A stretch of DNA of 64,000 nucleotides from Candidatus Bathyarchaeota archaeon (GCA_963715865.1 OY970280.1:1440001-1504000), one strand, 5' to 3'. Counted from the stretch's first letter, positions 37,331-48,201 are shown. Notes: generated by a model from the letters alone, not told the origin. Numbers and translations are program-made.

Positions 37331-38056
37331 ATGCCAATGCCAATTAAAGCAGTTTTATTTGACATGTTCGATACGCTTATGCTGATTGAGAAGAATCATG
37401 AGTTTTATAGTCCTTCGTTAATGAGAATGTACAAGTACCTAAAGAAAAAGGGCGTAGATGTCTCCTTTGATACGTTCGAAAAAGCGTACGTTAAAGCTCG
37501 TGACGAGCTCTACGCTAAGGCAGATGCAAATTTTGAGGAGCCACACTTCAACGTTCGGGTTTCTGATACGCTGAGAAGTTTAGGCTATGATTATGATGTT
37601 TCCAGTCCTATTGTGGCTGCGGCAACAGAGGAGTTTTGTGAAGAATTCATGACTTATGTTCGCTTAGACGAAAATGCTGAAGCAATGCTGAGAAGTTTGC
37701 GTGGGAAATACAAACTGGGAATAATCTCTAATTTTGCTATCCCCGAATGCGTGTATAAACTGCTCAAAAACCATGGCTTAGATAAACTGTTTGATGTGAT
37801 TGTGATTTCTGGAGCAGTGAACAAGCGAAAACCTAGCCCCGAAATTTTCAAGAGCACTTTGAAGGCGCTGGGTGTTTCTGCGTCTGAAACGGTTTTTGTA
37901 GGCGACACTGTTGATGCGGATATTGAAGGGGCTAAAGCGGTCGGCATGAAAGCCGTATACATTGAGCGGCGTGTCCAGAAAGAAGTTGAGAATGTTCGTC
38001 CGGACCAAACCATAAAGAGTCTTAGTGAACTTTCGTTGGCGCTTGAACGTTTCTAG
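37331..38056 (+). CDS. HAD-superfamily hydrolase
   Basis: FDMFDTL, ISN, KPSPEIF, VGDTVDADIEGA. Confidence 0.9.
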   Translation: MPMPIKAVLFDMFDTLMLIEKNHEFYSPSLMRMYKYLKKKGVDVSFDTFEKAYVKARDELYAKADANFEEPHFNVRVSDTLRSLGYDYDVSSPIVAAATEEFCEEFMTYVRLDENAEAMLRSLRGKYKLGIISNFAIPECVYKLLKNHGLDKLFDVIVISGAVNKRKPSPEIFKSTLKALGVSASETVFVGDTVDADIEGAKAVGMKAVYIERRVQKEVENVRPDQTIKSLSELSLALERF

Positions 38057-38064
38057 AGTAAGTA

Positions 38065-38346
38065 TTAGGTTTTGAGATGGTATAGAGGAATCTTGTCTTT
38101 GTTTCCGTTACTGCTTGTTTTTAGCAGTTTGGTTAATTCGTTGTGCCTTTGAAGAAAATCCAAGCCTTTTTCAGTGACAACGTAAACTTCTTTGCCTTCA
38201 ATATTAGTTTGGTTTATAAGATTGTTGTTTAGCATGAATTTTAGGTAATCATTCAGCTGGGTAAAACTTAGATTTGCCTTATACATTATCTGTGTTTTCA
38301 GAATGCCTACTTTCGCAATTTTAAGTATTTCCGTCATTATATCCAT
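38065..38346 (-). CDS. Small winged-HTH transcriptional regulator
   Basis: KTQIMYKANLSFTQLNDYL...YVVTEKG; the start may be a few codons upstream. Confidence 0.85.
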   Translation of the reverse strand: MDIMTEILKIAKVGILKTQIMYKANLSFTQLNDYLKFMLNNNLINQTNIEGKEVYVVTEKGLDFLQRHNELTKLLKTSSNGNKDKIPLYHLKT

Positions 38347-38513
38347 TGTGTCTCTTCTTTTGGATTTAGCGCTTAAAATTTTCCTTTCACTTCTAGGATA
38401 GTGTATCTTATCAATTAACTTTTAAGTCTTTAGTAACACCACTGCATGCTGAGGACAAAAAAACACAGAAAACCTTTATTGCTCAGCGAGAAAAACAACA
38501 AATGTGAAACAAC

Positions 38514-39011
38514 ATGCTGATAGGCGTAATCGCGGACACGCATGACAATTTGCCTCTTGTAGAAAAAGCAGTGAAATACCTAAATGACCAAAAAGTAGGC
38601 TTAGTGCTTCACGCAGGCGATTATGTTGCAGGTTTCGTTATCCCAAAATTCAAACAGCTAAACTGCAAACTCATCGGCGTCTTCGGCAACAACGACGGAG
38701 ACCACGAACTCTTAAAGAAACGGTTCAGCGAAACCACCAACTGCACAATCCACGACCATTTTGCAGCAGTAGAAGTGGAAGGCTACAGAATCGCGTTGTT
38801 GCACGGAGAAGAAACCGAACTGCTAAATGCGATAATAAATAGCGGATATTTTAACGCTGTAATCCATGGTCACTCACACGTCAAAAGCGTTGAAAAGAAA
38901 GGAAAAACCCTTGCCATCAACCCTGGAGAACTCTGCGGATACCTAACAGGCAAATCCACAATCGCCATACTAGACACCCAAAAGCATGAAGCAAAAATAA
39001 TAGAACTCTAA
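38514..39011 (+). CDS. Metallophosphoesterase (YfcE/MJ0936 family)
   Basis: ADTHD, HAGD, GNND, HGHSH, INPG. Confidence 0.92.
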   Translation: MLIGVIADTHDNLPLVEKAVKYLNDQKVGLVLHAGDYVAGFVIPKFKQLNCKLIGVFGNNDGDHELLKKRFSETTNCTIHDHFAAVEVEGYRIALLHGEETELLNAIINSGYFNAVIHGHSHVKSVEKKGKTLAINPGELCGYLTGKSTIAILDTQKHEAKIIEL

Positions 39012-39418
39012 CCTCTGCCTCTAGCTCTCGGTGACCTACCCCCTCCCTTATAACAAAGTTGTTCTAAGCGTGTTATTTCATAAAGTAATATTTTCAACGT
39101 TTAAATCGTAAAATAATTTCTTATAATAATTAGGTCATTTACTATTCTGGCAGTATATGTTTGGTAGTCTTAAGTATGTTGAATACCTTTAGTATCCCAC
39201 CTAACTTTTAAAATTTAGAGTAAAGCGGTAGATATTGAAATTTTCCTTATTTTAGCGAAAATATTTTAGATTAAATCTGGGCTATCCGCTAGCTTTTTTA
39301 AGATATTAGCTTTCAATAAATACACGAATCTTAAGCAATCCGCATAAGACTGAACCCACCAATAGCTAACTGTTCCACAATAAGGGTGATTTGACTTAAA
39401 GTTGTTAACAACTGTTTT

Positions 39419-39574
39419 TTATTGTTCTTTCAGAGGTTTGTAAATAACTACTAATTCCTTCGATGGCTCATTTTTTAGTGCGTAGCTATATTTTTCTGCA
39501 ATTGTTTTAAGACACTTTAAACTTTCTGTATCAAGGAATACTTTCAGGTCATCAGCGTCTGGAGGCATAAGCAT
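39419..39574 (-). CDS. Hypothetical small protein (51 aa, not in the ORF track)
   Basis: GAGGAG RBS, then MLMPPDADDLKVFLDTESLKCLKTIAEKYSYALKNEPSKELVVIYKPLKEQ, just downstream of the kinase. Confidence 0.45.
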   Translation of the reverse strand: MLMPPDADDLKVFLDTESLKCLKTIAEKYSYALKNEPSKELVVIYKPLKEQ

Positions 39575-39639
39575 AATGGCATCTCCTCTTAGGCACCAAC
39601 AAATTTGAAAATAAGCATTATTATGCGGGCATTGATTTT

Positions 39640-41538
39640 TTAGTTTGAAGGGTGGTTTTCTGCAGTAAGCGGTAATTCTATAATGAACTTTGTTCCTTTG
39701 CCTTCTTCACTTTCAAAGCTTACTTTGCCATTTAAGCCTTCGACAAGTCGCTTAATAACAGCTAAACCTAAGCCTTGACCCTTCGATTTAGTAGTAAACA
39801 ATGGCTTAAACAAGTTAGGCTTGACTTCTTCTGGAATACCTACCCCAGTGTCTTTAACGCTTATTATTGCCTTGTCTTTTTTTGTATGTGCTTCAATTGT
39901 CAGTTTGCCTTCATTTGGCATGGCTTGTATTGCATTAACGATAAGGTTTGTTAGTACGCGCCTAATAAAAGTAGCTTCAGTATTGAGAAGCAAGTTTTCA
40001 TCAGCAATTATTTGAGTTGTTATCTTCTCGGGAACATTGGCTACTATGAGTGTGCTATATATTAGGTCTTTAAGGTTTAATTTTTCAATGTTTGGTTTTA
40101 GGGGTCTTGTGTAGTCTTGCAAGTCACTAACAATTTTGTTTATATAAGTGATATTTTCATCGATTGCATCAAGGTTCTCTTGCATAGCTTGCCTGTTCTC
40201 GCCTTCAGGTATGCCTTTGAGGTCTTCTTTTAACAAGTACAAATCACCAGTAATAGCTTGCAATGGATTGCGAATATCATGTCCAACCATGCCTGCTGTT
40301 TGGCCAATTGTCGCCATACGTTCAGAGTCTTTAAGCTGCTTAGTTCGCTCCTCAACTAAGGTCTCTAAATTCTTAGCGTATTCTTCAAGCTGAGCCTGAA
40401 TCTTCTTCCACTCTGTAACATCGCGCACTCCACCTATAATGCGAGTAACTTTTCCTTGTTGATTCTTTACCATTTTTACAGTATCATGGACAATAATGTA
40501 GTCGCCTTGTTTGCACCGAATACGATACTCAAACAACGTGTCAGTAGCCGTCTCAATAGCTTTGTTTAGTTTAGCCTCGATGGCAAGCCTATCATCTGGA
40601 TGTATTTGGCTCATCCGCCAATCGTTTGTGATAAGAGGCTTCTCGTCTGGCTTATACCCTAAAAGCTCCATTCCTCTAGAAACGGAAATGATGTCTTTCT
40701 CAATATCAAACTCATAAACCAAAAATTTAGCAACCTCAGCTACAAGCCTAAACCGTTCCTCACTCTCAACCAATTCCTTCTCAGCTGTCTTACGCTCAGT
40801 GATGTCTACGTTTGTTTCAAAGATTTCCCCAATTTTACCTTGCACATTGCTTGTAGCAAGCCATCGACTGTCAACTATTATTTCACGTCCAAACTTGTTT
40901 TGGTGGATTTTTTCTCCAGACCAACGTCCATTACAATTAAGTTTATTGAGAATTTCTTCGTATGGTTCTGGGAATTTGGTCTTTAAAAGCAAACGACTTT
41001 TCCGCCCTATGGCTTCCTCTTTTGTCCAACCGTAGAGACTCTGTGCTCCTTGACTCCAGAAAGTTATGGTATCATCTATTTTCTTCACAATTATTGCATC
41101 TGGGCTAAGGTCGATTAAAGAAACTTGCTTTTTTAGGGTTTCTTCAGCTTTCTTGCGCTCAGTTATGTCTTCAAATATGCCTACTGCTGCTACTACCTCA
41201 CCTTTTTTATCCCTAATTGGTGTGGCAGAGGCAAAGACAATTACTCTTGAGCTGTCTGGGCGTTCTATAATTAAATCGTCTTTTGCTTCTTCTCCAGTTA
41301 GAAGTGCTTTGCTTGCAGGAAGCTTCTCAGGCGGATAAACTTCACCGTTTAGAGTTAGTAGCTTCATTAGTTTTGTCGAGTGGTTTGGCATTTCAAGTCC
41401 ACATGGGTCAACTCCGTAAAGCTCGATTGCACGGTTATTTACATAAGATACTTTGCCGTTTTCTTTTTCAATAACAACAACGCCAGCAGGAATAGCTTTT
41501 AAAATAGTCTCTAAAGCGACTCTGCGTAATTTTTGCAT
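39640..41538 (-). CDS. Multi-PAS sensor histidine kinase
   Basis: Three PAS/PAC repeats; H-box VGHDIRNPL; N, G1 and G2 boxes (NAIQAM, DTGVGI, GQGLGL). Confidence 0.93.
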   Translation of the reverse strand: MQKLRRVALETILKAIPAGVVVIEKENGKVSYVNNRAIELYGVDPCGLEMPNHSTKLMKLLTLNGEVYPPEKLPASKALLTGEEAKDDLIIERPDSSRVIVFASATPIRDKKGEVVAAVGIFEDITERKKAEETLKKQVSLIDLSPDAIIVKKIDDTITFWSQGAQSLYGWTKEEAIGRKSRLLLKTKFPEPYEEILNKLNCNGRWSGEKIHQNKFGREIIVDSRWLATSNVQGKIGEIFETNVDITERKTAEKELVESEERFRLVAEVAKFLVYEFDIEKDIISVSRGMELLGYKPDEKPLITNDWRMSQIHPDDRLAIEAKLNKAIETATDTLFEYRIRCKQGDYIIVHDTVKMVKNQQGKVTRIIGGVRDVTEWKKIQAQLEEYAKNLETLVEERTKQLKDSERMATIGQTAGMVGHDIRNPLQAITGDLYLLKEDLKGIPEGENRQAMQENLDAIDENITYINKIVSDLQDYTRPLKPNIEKLNLKDLIYSTLIVANVPEKITTQIIADENLLLNTEATFIRRVLTNLIVNAIQAMPNEGKLTIEAHTKKDKAIISVKDTGVGIPEEVKPNLFKPLFTTKSKGQGLGLAVIKRLVEGLNGKVSFESEEGKGTKFIIELPLTAENHPSN

Positions 41539-41595
41539 AGACTACTAACCCTACTTCTGTTTTACTTGCCTTTGAATTTTTTTGGGTTGTTATCT

Positions 41596-41647
41596 GTTAA
41601 ATGTTAATTGAATCAGTTGAAGTTAAATGTTAATTGAATCAGTTGAA
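41596..41647 (+). repeat. Perfect 26-bp tandem duplication upstream of the kinase
   Basis: GTTAAATGTTAATTGAATCAGTTGAA at 41596-41621 and 41622-41647. Confidence 0.92.
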
Positions 41648-42004
41648 CTAAGCTTTACTAGGTTTTGTAATATATAAATAATTTTGAAAAAATTTAGCCT
41701 AAAGTTGAACAACTACTTGAAGCCATGTGTTAATATGACAACTTACTAAACTCTCAAATTTTTGACCTTGTTATTAACTTAATTAGCCTTAAGGATATAG
41801 AAGGTTTCCACCGCACATCGGCACTCAAGCGGAAATTTCTTTTGTATATACATTAGTTCAATCCCACAAAGAAAACAGAAATAAATTTGGCGTTTTTGGA
41901 CAGTGCTTGAAGCGCCTCCAATTGGCTTGCCACAAGCGTCGCATGGTCTGGATAAATCGAGCATAAAACCAGCTTTTGATAATGTGAAGCAGGCTTATTC
42001 GAAG

Positions 42005-42241
42005 TTACTTTTTGAATATAGAAAGGAAACTATTGTTACGCTTGCTTGGCAGTTCGATTTCTTTAGGGGTGATAAACATCTTAAAAGCTTCTGGAATACT
42101 TTCTTTGAATTTTGCGTTAATTATAAAATGCCCTTGGCAAGAGGTTAAGTCGGTTACTTCAAATTTCGTAATTATAATTTCTCCTTTTATTGATGGCTTA
42201 CCTAACAAATAACTTACTGTACTATTTATAGAATCAACCAA
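42005..42241 (-). CDS. Hypothetical protein
   Basis: 78-aa ATG-started ORF in an AT-rich stretch; no family recognised. Confidence 0.35.
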   Translation of the reverse strand: MVDSINSTVSYLLGKPSIKGEIIITKFEVTDLTSCQGHFIINAKFKESIPEAFKMFITPKEIELPSKRNNSFLSIFKK

Positions 42242-42284
42242 TGGTAGAACTTAAAATTGGATGTACTGGCCAAGCAATTTTGCG

Positions 42285-43217
42285 TTAACTGCTCTTGTTA
42301 TAGGGCTCTCTAAGCGAATTGGTTTGGAGGAATAGTTGTTTTAGCTGTTCGTCGTTTGCACCTTGGCGTATTGGGGTTAGTATGTCGGTGAGGTTGTCGT
42401 TTCTCATGAGGCACGGTTTCAGTTTCCCGTCGCTTGTGACACGCATTCGTGTGCAATGCATGCAAAAATCGCTGTTCTCAATCGGATGCACCACCTCAAC
42501 TGTCACGTTTGGTAAGTGGTAGATTAAGCGGTTATGCATGAACGGTCTCTTCTCAATCGTAACAGCCTTCCCGCGCAACATATCTTCCTGCTCATCTAAG
42601 CTTCGGTGATGCGTCGAGTAGTAGGCGTTACCGACATTTATGGGGTCAAGCTCTATGAGTTGAAGCACCACGCCAGTTTGCCGCGCGTACTCTATCATGT
42701 CTGGAACGTCGCCCACGTTCACGCCTTTTAGAAGAACCATGTTGAGTTTAACTGGGCAGAAACCAGCTTCAACGGCTGCTTTGACTCCTGCTAATGCGTC
42801 TTCAAGTTTTCCGCCTGCTAACTTGCGATATGTCTCCGCATTTAAAGTGGGCAAACTAATGTTCACACGCTTCAATCCGCCTTCACGTAACTCCTTAGCC
42901 ATGCCTCCGAGCAGGAGACCATTAGTGGTTAACGACAAATCCCTCAAGCCAGGCACCGAAGCTATTCCCGAAATGATTTCAGGAAGGTCTTTGCGCATGA
43001 GCGGTTCTCCGCCTGTCAATTTTACCCGTGAAATGCCTAAGCCGACGGCTATTTTAGCTATGCGCACGATTTCTTCAACTGTCATTTTCTCTGCGGAACG
43101 GTTTGCTCGTTTCACTTCGCCTTCCCTGTGGCAGTATACGCAGCGATTGTTGCACCGCTGGGTAATCGATATCCTCAGGTTAAGCAGGGGTCTGCCGCAA
43201 TTGTCTGTTAAACTCAT
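42285..43217 (-). CDS. moaA: GTP 3',8-cyclase (radical SAM)
   Basis: CNNRCVYC, LTGGEPL, C-terminal FCMHCTRMRVTSDGKLKPCL. Confidence 0.95.
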   Translation of the reverse strand: MSLTDNCGRPLLNLRISITQRCNNRCVYCHREGEVKRANRSAEKMTVEEIVRIAKIAVGLGISRVKLTGGEPLMRKDLPEIISGIASVPGLRDLSLTTNGLLLGGMAKELREGGLKRVNISLPTLNAETYRKLAGGKLEDALAGVKAAVEAGFCPVKLNMVLLKGVNVGDVPDMIEYARQTGVVLQLIELDPINVGNAYYSTHHRSLDEQEDMLRGKAVTIEKRPFMHNRLIYHLPNVTVEVVHPIENSDFCMHCTRMRVTSDGKLKPCLMRNDNLTDILTPIRQGANDEQLKQLFLQTNSLREPYNKSS

Positions 43218-43220
43218 TCG

Positions 43221-43755
43221 TTATTCCCGCGCGTGCTTAACGATGTGAGGAGCCTCGGGCAAAATAAGCATTTCTACCGCAACTCGCACAGCATCAGGGG
43301 AACCTGGGATACAAAACAACGCTTTGCCCTTAGCCACCCCAGCCGCGGCACGCGACAAAACCGCTGCAGAGCCAACTCGGTCAAAACTTATACGCCTAAA
43401 AAACTCGCCAAAACCAGGCAAGGTTTTCTCAAAGAAGGGCGAAACCGTTTCAATCGTAACATCTGTCGGCGTGATGCCTGTGCCTCCGGAAAAGATGGCA
43501 ACGTCCAAGTCGGGCATGCTCAGTGCCTGCTTAACAGCGTCAGAAATCATTGCTTTATCGTCTGCAATTATTTTTTTGAACAGGACGTTGTGTCCAGCGT
43601 TTCTAAGCAAATCAACTAATGTGTCGCCTGCCAACATCACTAACTGCCGTTTCGCCTTGCTCAACGAGCTTGTACCGTGAAGTGCTGCAGATGTAAATGC
43701 CGAAATTCAATGTTTTAGGCGCCTTAGCCTTATGCGCTTTAGAGCTTTCACTCAT
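43221..43755 (-). pseudogene. moaB: MoaB/Mog molybdopterin adenylyltransferase, one +1 frameshift near 43630
   Basis: MSESSKAHKAKAPK...STSRY joins GDTL...SGGTGITPTDVT...GFGEFFR...PGSP in another frame. Confidence 0.8.
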
Positions 43756-43762
43756 AACGAAG

Positions 43763-44201
43763 TTACACCTGCTTAAACTTGCGCACAACATGAATATTCT
43801 CAATCGCTGTGGAAGGATACTGTCCAGCAGCGTCTTTTTCATACTGCTTTGTCATGTCCCAAACAGTCAACAGAGCCACGGAAACAGCGGTTAACGCTTC
43901 CATTTCTACTCCGGTCTGCGCTTTAGTCTTAACTGTGGCTGTAGCTTCAACCGTGCCCTTATCAGATACTTTTACGTCTACTTCCACATTTGTTAACGGC
44001 AGCGGGTGGCAAAGAGGAATCAGACTCGCTTGTCTTCTTAGCTGCAAGTACACCAGCAATTTTCGCCGTGTAAAGCGGGTCGCCTTTAGCGATTTTTCCA
44101 GTCTTGATTAAATTAATTGTTTCAGCCTTCAACTTTATAGTTCCAGTTGCGGTTGCTTCCCTGAAAATTTCCGCCTTGCCTGAAACATCAACCATCGCCA
44201 T
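43763..44201 (-). pseudogene. moaC: Cyclic pyranopterin monophosphate synthase, one extra base at about 44024
   Basis: MVDVSGK...AAKKTSE and LIPLCHPL...TGVEMEAL...WDMTK lie in different frames; deleting one T restores KTSELIPLCHP. Confidence 0.85.
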
Positions 44202-44213
44202 ACTTTATTCACC

Positions 44214-44480
44214 TTACTTACTCTGTTCCCACACTTCTATTAGGTTTTGCACAGCTTTAGCTTTCGCTGAGCCCTCGTTAAACCTGTACATTCGAACCCG
44301 ACCGTAAACGCGTTCCTGTAAAATTCCTTCAGCCTCTAAAACCTTCAAGTTCTCAGCAGTCGATGCAAAATTAGCGTTGATTCTGCGAGCAACATCCGTA
44401 ATATTAAGCGAACCTAAATTATAGATAAGTTTTAAGATTTTCATCCGAAGCTTCGATGAAAAAACCTCTTCCAACTCCAT
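44214..44480 (-). CDS. Small winged-HTH protein (ArsR-like)
   Basis: VFSSKLRMKIL...LNITDVARR...LKVLEAEGIL...RMYRFN; 7 nt after cdc6. Confidence 0.8.
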   Translation of the reverse strand: MELEEVFSSKLRMKILKLIYNLGSLNITDVARRINANFASTAENLKVLEAEGILQERVYGRVRMYRFNEGSAKAKAVQNLIEVWEQSK

Positions 44481-44487
44481 AACTGCT

Positions 44488-45678
44488 TCACGCTCTTCCT
44501 TTTTCTACTTCTAATGAGGCACTTAATTCTTTCTCCAACTCAAACGCTGGAATAGAAGGCAAAGAAACCTGCGTTGACCTCCCACGTACAGTAGAAGTCG
44601 CCACCACAGTCTTCAAAATGCCCAGCGACGAGAGAAACTGGGCATGATTCCACACTTGCGTGTGACTATTCGGTTTCTCACCGAACTCTTCGCAAACAAC
44701 AGCATAAGTCTTCTCAACTTCAGACAATGAAGCGTAAGCCTGCTCATTCTCCTTAAAGTAACGCGCTACCGCAAGCAAAAACAGTTTTTCATGCAAACCA
44801 AGGCCAGCCAACTCACTTCGTCGTAAACCTGGAATAATGCTGGAAACAGCCATCCGCACACATTCAGGCTCAACCAAACCCGCATCTGCTGCATCAGCAT
44901 ATTTCCCAGCCCGCCACAACAACTCTATCCCAAAGCGGGCATTTCCAGTTTCAGTAAAAGCCAACTCCGATATCAGGTCAACAACGTCTTCCTGAACGGT
45001 TCCCAACTCAAACGCCATGGAAACACGGTCACTTAAGATGTCAACAAGCTGAGCATTGCCGTAACATTCTAAACTAATGATGCTGTGCTGAAGAGTGCTT
45101 CTTGCGCTTGCATCCAACTGCTCTATCGCTTTCAAATCACGCAAAATAAAAATAAACGACAACCTTTGCGGCTTGTCTAACCGCATCTCCTGCAAGCGCG
45201 TCAGCTTGTAAACGGCATCTGAGCCTTCCTTTTCAATGAGACTATCAAACTCGTCCAATGCCAGTATCATAAAGGTATTATCTTCATCTAAAACTTGCAT
45301 TAGCGTTGAGAAGACTTCTTCTACAGAATAACCACGAGCTGGATAATTAGGGCGGAAAACGGTGACGACATGATGCAAAATCGGCTGGAGACTACCGCGG
45401 TATTCTCGGCAGTTAACATGCACATAGCGGAATTTTATGGCTCGCTTGTTAGCTTCTGAAGTGATGCTCGCCCCGAAATGTTGGGCAAGAACCGTTTTTC
45501 CAGTGCCCACGTCGCCAGTTATGATAACTCGCTGAGCCATCTTTTCTGGACAGCGAAGAATGAAACTGAAGAATTCCATTAGCAAGCGGTGTTCTTTTTC
45601 TCTGTGAGGCAGCTGTTGCGGAATGTAGTTTATGTCAAGCTTAGCCTCATCTTTGAACACGCTTTGATGCAACGGCAA
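44488..45678 (-). CDS. cdc6: Orc1/Cdc6 family replication-initiation protein
   Basis: YIPQQLPHRE, Walker A GDVGTGKT, VHVNC, Walker B LDEFD, GNARFGIELL, C-terminal wHTH. Confidence 0.92.
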   Translation of the reverse strand: MPLHQSVFKDEAKLDINYIPQQLPHREKEHRLLMEFFSFILRCPEKMAQRVIITGDVGTGKTVLAQHFGASITSEANKRAIKFRYVHVNCREYRGSLQPILHHVVTVFRPNYPARGYSVEEVFSTLMQVLDEDNTFMILALDEFDSLIEKEGSDAVYKLTRLQEMRLDKPQRLSFIFILRDLKAIEQLDASARSTLQHSIISLECYGNAQLVDILSDRVSMAFELGTVQEDVVDLISELAFTETGNARFGIELLWRAGKYADAADAGLVEPECVRMAVSSIIPGLRRSELAGLGLHEKLFLLAVARYFKENEQAYASLSEVEKTYAVVCEEFGEKPNSHTQVWNHAQFLSSLGILKTVVATSTVRGRSTQVSLPSIPAFELEKELSASLEVEKGRA

Positions 45679-45749
45679 ATTTTATTCCTCAGCGAATGAA
45701 GATTTTTCTTTTCAATATAACACTATGTTTTGAAACAAAAGCCTAATAA

Positions 45750-46346
45750 ATGCATTCTGCAATCCTTATGTTCCGACACGACATGATACCCAAATGCTTC
45801 TTTCTAACAAAAGGAGTCGGCAAACATAAAGAGCAACTCCAATCTTTTGAATTAGCCCTAAGAGATGCAGGCATACAACAATGCAACTTAGTAAGCGTTT
45901 CAAGCATCGTTCCTCCTGGATGCGAACAACTTCCAAGGGAGAAAGGCTTGAAAATGGTGCAGCCCGGCGAAATCACCTTTGTAGTCATAGCTAGAAACTC
46001 AACCAACGAACCGCACAGGCTTGTCGCATCATCCATCGGCATAGCTATCCCATCAGGCAAAAACCAGTACGGCTACCTCTCAGAACACCACTCGTTTGGG
46101 CAAACTGACGAGGCAGCAGGCGATTACGCTGAGGATTTAGCAGCAACAATGCTTGCAACAACCATGGGCATCCAATTTGACCCTGAAACCGCATGGGACG
46201 AGCGCAAACAACTCTTCAAAACCACGGGGCTAATCATCAAAACAGCCAACATAACCCAGTCAGCAGCAGGAGACAAAAACGGCTTATGGACAACAACCGT
46301 GGCCGCAGCCGTTTTCTGCCGAGAAAACAACAAGCCAAAAGAATAA
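45750..46346 (+). CDS. pdaD: Pyruvoyl-dependent arginine decarboxylase
   Basis: [20 protein letters not shown] autocleavage site, [17 protein letters not shown]. The start may be the later Met (MIPK). Confidence 0.9.
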   Translation: MHSAILMFRHDMIPKCFFLTKGVGKHKEQLQSFELALRDAGIQQCNLVSVSSIVPPGCEQLPREKGLKMVQPGEITFVVIARNSTNEPHRLVASSIGIAIPSGKNQYGYLSEHHSFGQTDEAAGDYAEDLAATMLATTMGIQFDPETAWDERKQLFKTTGLIIKTANITQSAAGDKNGLWTTTVAAAVFCRENNKPKE

Positions 46347-46607
46347 TCTGCGATTTTTTCACTTTTGCCATATAACAACAAAGCTGTTTACAAGCATACA
46401 AAGACTTGTTGAAAAGCCGCTTACCCGAAAGGGACCCCCTCATTTTGCTACTTAAACTACCCAGCTAAATGCTTCCGCTATAGGGTATACTTTTTGATAG
46501 AAAAATTCACTAACAAAAATGACCCTCCCTCGTTTTTTAGACAGCAATTCACTATCAAAAAAGACAACCTTCCACAAAGAATAACTATTTTCCAAAGTTA
46601 TGTTTAG

Positions 46608-47147
46608 CTACTTTTTTAGGTTCTGGTAGCTTTTCATCGCTGACACAACGATTTGTTTAGCTTCTTCAGCGTTTTTCCAGCCCTTAACTTTAGCCCACTT
46701 ATGCGGTTCCAGCCGCTTGTATGTTGCAAAGAATTCTTGAATTTCTGTCAATTGGTGTTTATGAACATCCGTTATGTCCATGTATCCTTCAAATCGCGCG
46801 TCATTTACAAGAACGGAAAGAATCTTCGGGTCAATTCCTTCCTCATCTTCGATGATTAATGCGCCGATTACTCTGACTTTAGCAATCGACCCAACCTCTA
46901 AGGGTTCATAACTAAGCGTCATTATATCCAATGGGTCGCCATCTTGAAACCATGTTTGTGGAACAAAACCGTATTCAACTGGAAAAACTACTGACGAAGG
47001 AATTATGCGGTCTAATACGAAAGCTTCCCAGTCAGACTTGTACTCGTACTTGTCTCTGGAGCCGCTCATCACTTCAATAACCATGTTTAACAGTTCTGGC
47101 GGATTATCGCCCGCTGGAATTTGCTTCCAAAAATTCAATGTTTCCAC
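46608..47147 (-). CDS. ppa: Soluble family I inorganic pyrophosphatase
   Basis: KYEY, LDR, YGFVPQT, DGDPLD, DPKI, FFATYK. Confidence 0.93.
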   Translation of the reverse strand: METLNFWKQIPAGDNPPELLNMVIEVMSGSRDKYEYKSDWEAFVLDRIIPSSVVFPVEYGFVPQTWFQDGDPLDIMTLSYEPLEVGSIAKVRVIGALIIEDEEGIDPKILSVLVNDARFEGYMDITDVHKHQLTEIQEFFATYKRLEPHKWAKVKGWKNAEEAKQIVVSAMKSYQNLKK

Positions 47148-47205
47148 TCCTTCATGGCAAAAGGAACAACTAAAATTTAAGCTTTATTAGAGCATTAAGC
47201 AGGCG

Positions 47206-47994
47206 CTAGGTTTTTTCTTTAAAGAAGGCTTCTAACCGTGAATTCTCTGCTTTCTTTAGCACTTCTGCGCATTTCTTAGGGTCCAGCGCTTTAAACTCCA
47301 AACCCATGGTCACCAGTAACCTTTGCACGTCTTTGCCCAAGCTTGGCGCTACAAGCACTCCGCGTAGTTCACGGTTTGCTTTCTCCTTAACCGCATCGAT
47401 GTACCGTGCAAGCTGCAGCACAGCTTCTTTTCCAGCCGTTTTCCGCTTAACCTCAACAACAACCAATTTTCCATCCTTGTCCACGCCATAAATGTCCACA
47501 AAGCCTGGCTCAACTTTTTTCTCGTAACTAATTGGTTTGAAGCCTTCCTCTAAAAGCGCGGGCTTAAGGAGAATCGCCCGGTGCATGTCTTCTTCGCTTG
47601 CGTAAAGCAGAAACTCGCCTGAATCATTTAGGCTTAACGCTGAAACCACAAGCACGTTACTAAAGGTGACTTTCACGTTTTCTCTTGGCTTCTGCCTGAC
47701 CGCGTGAACTTCAAGACTGTTTTCGTCGGCTTTGACATGGAAGATGCTTCCTGAAGGCTGCCAGTTGACTGGTTCATAGCCGACTGGGCGGTGAACAAGA
47801 AGCGAACCGTCAGCTTTGATGATTAAAATACGTTCGCCAGGCTCAAGAGTTGAGCTTGCCCTGCCAACGTAATGTACGTGGCATGTGCCTGCGATGATGA
47901 GTGTTCTTCTTTGGGCGAAGGCTTTTTCGATTAGCTTGGCGGCTTCCGTAAGTGTTGGTTCTGTTAGAACTGAGAGTTTGTTTGTTGCCTGCAA
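47206..47994 (-). CDS. nucS: Mismatch-specific endonuclease NucS/EndoMS
   Basis: IIKADGSLLVH...VNWQP, SEEDM, VDIYGVD...VVEVKR...QLARY. Confidence 0.93.
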   Translation of the reverse strand: MQATNKLSVLTEPTLTEAAKLIEKAFAQRRTLIIAGTCHVHYVGRASSTLEPGERILIIKADGSLLVHRPVGYEPVNWQPSGSIFHVKADENSLEVHAVRQKPRENVKVTFSNVLVVSALSLNDSGEFLLYASEEDMHRAILLKPALLEEGFKPISYEKKVEPGFVDIYGVDKDGKLVVVEVKRKTAGKEAVLQLARYIDAVKEKANRELRGVLVAPSLGKDVQRLLVTMGLEFKALDPKKCAEVLKKAENSRLEAFFKEKT

Positions 47995-48201
47995 TTTTGT
48001 TTTCAGCCAAGTACTTTAGTCCGGTCTTGGGTACATAAAACTATTGAAAATGCGCTCTATTGAGCCATTGTTTGCGGCTGCTTCTTATATAATCAATCAG
48101 CCCATGTTAATTTATGCGTAGCATTCATAATCATGACGAAAAGTATTAAATATCCAGTCTGTTAAACGGCAGTATTAAATTTCCGATTCCAAAGAGGAGA
48201 A

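Noticed and set aside
44480-45750. Chromosomal replication origin beside cdc6
   Set aside because: The flanking intergenic gaps are tiny and contain no ORB-like repeats or unwinding element.
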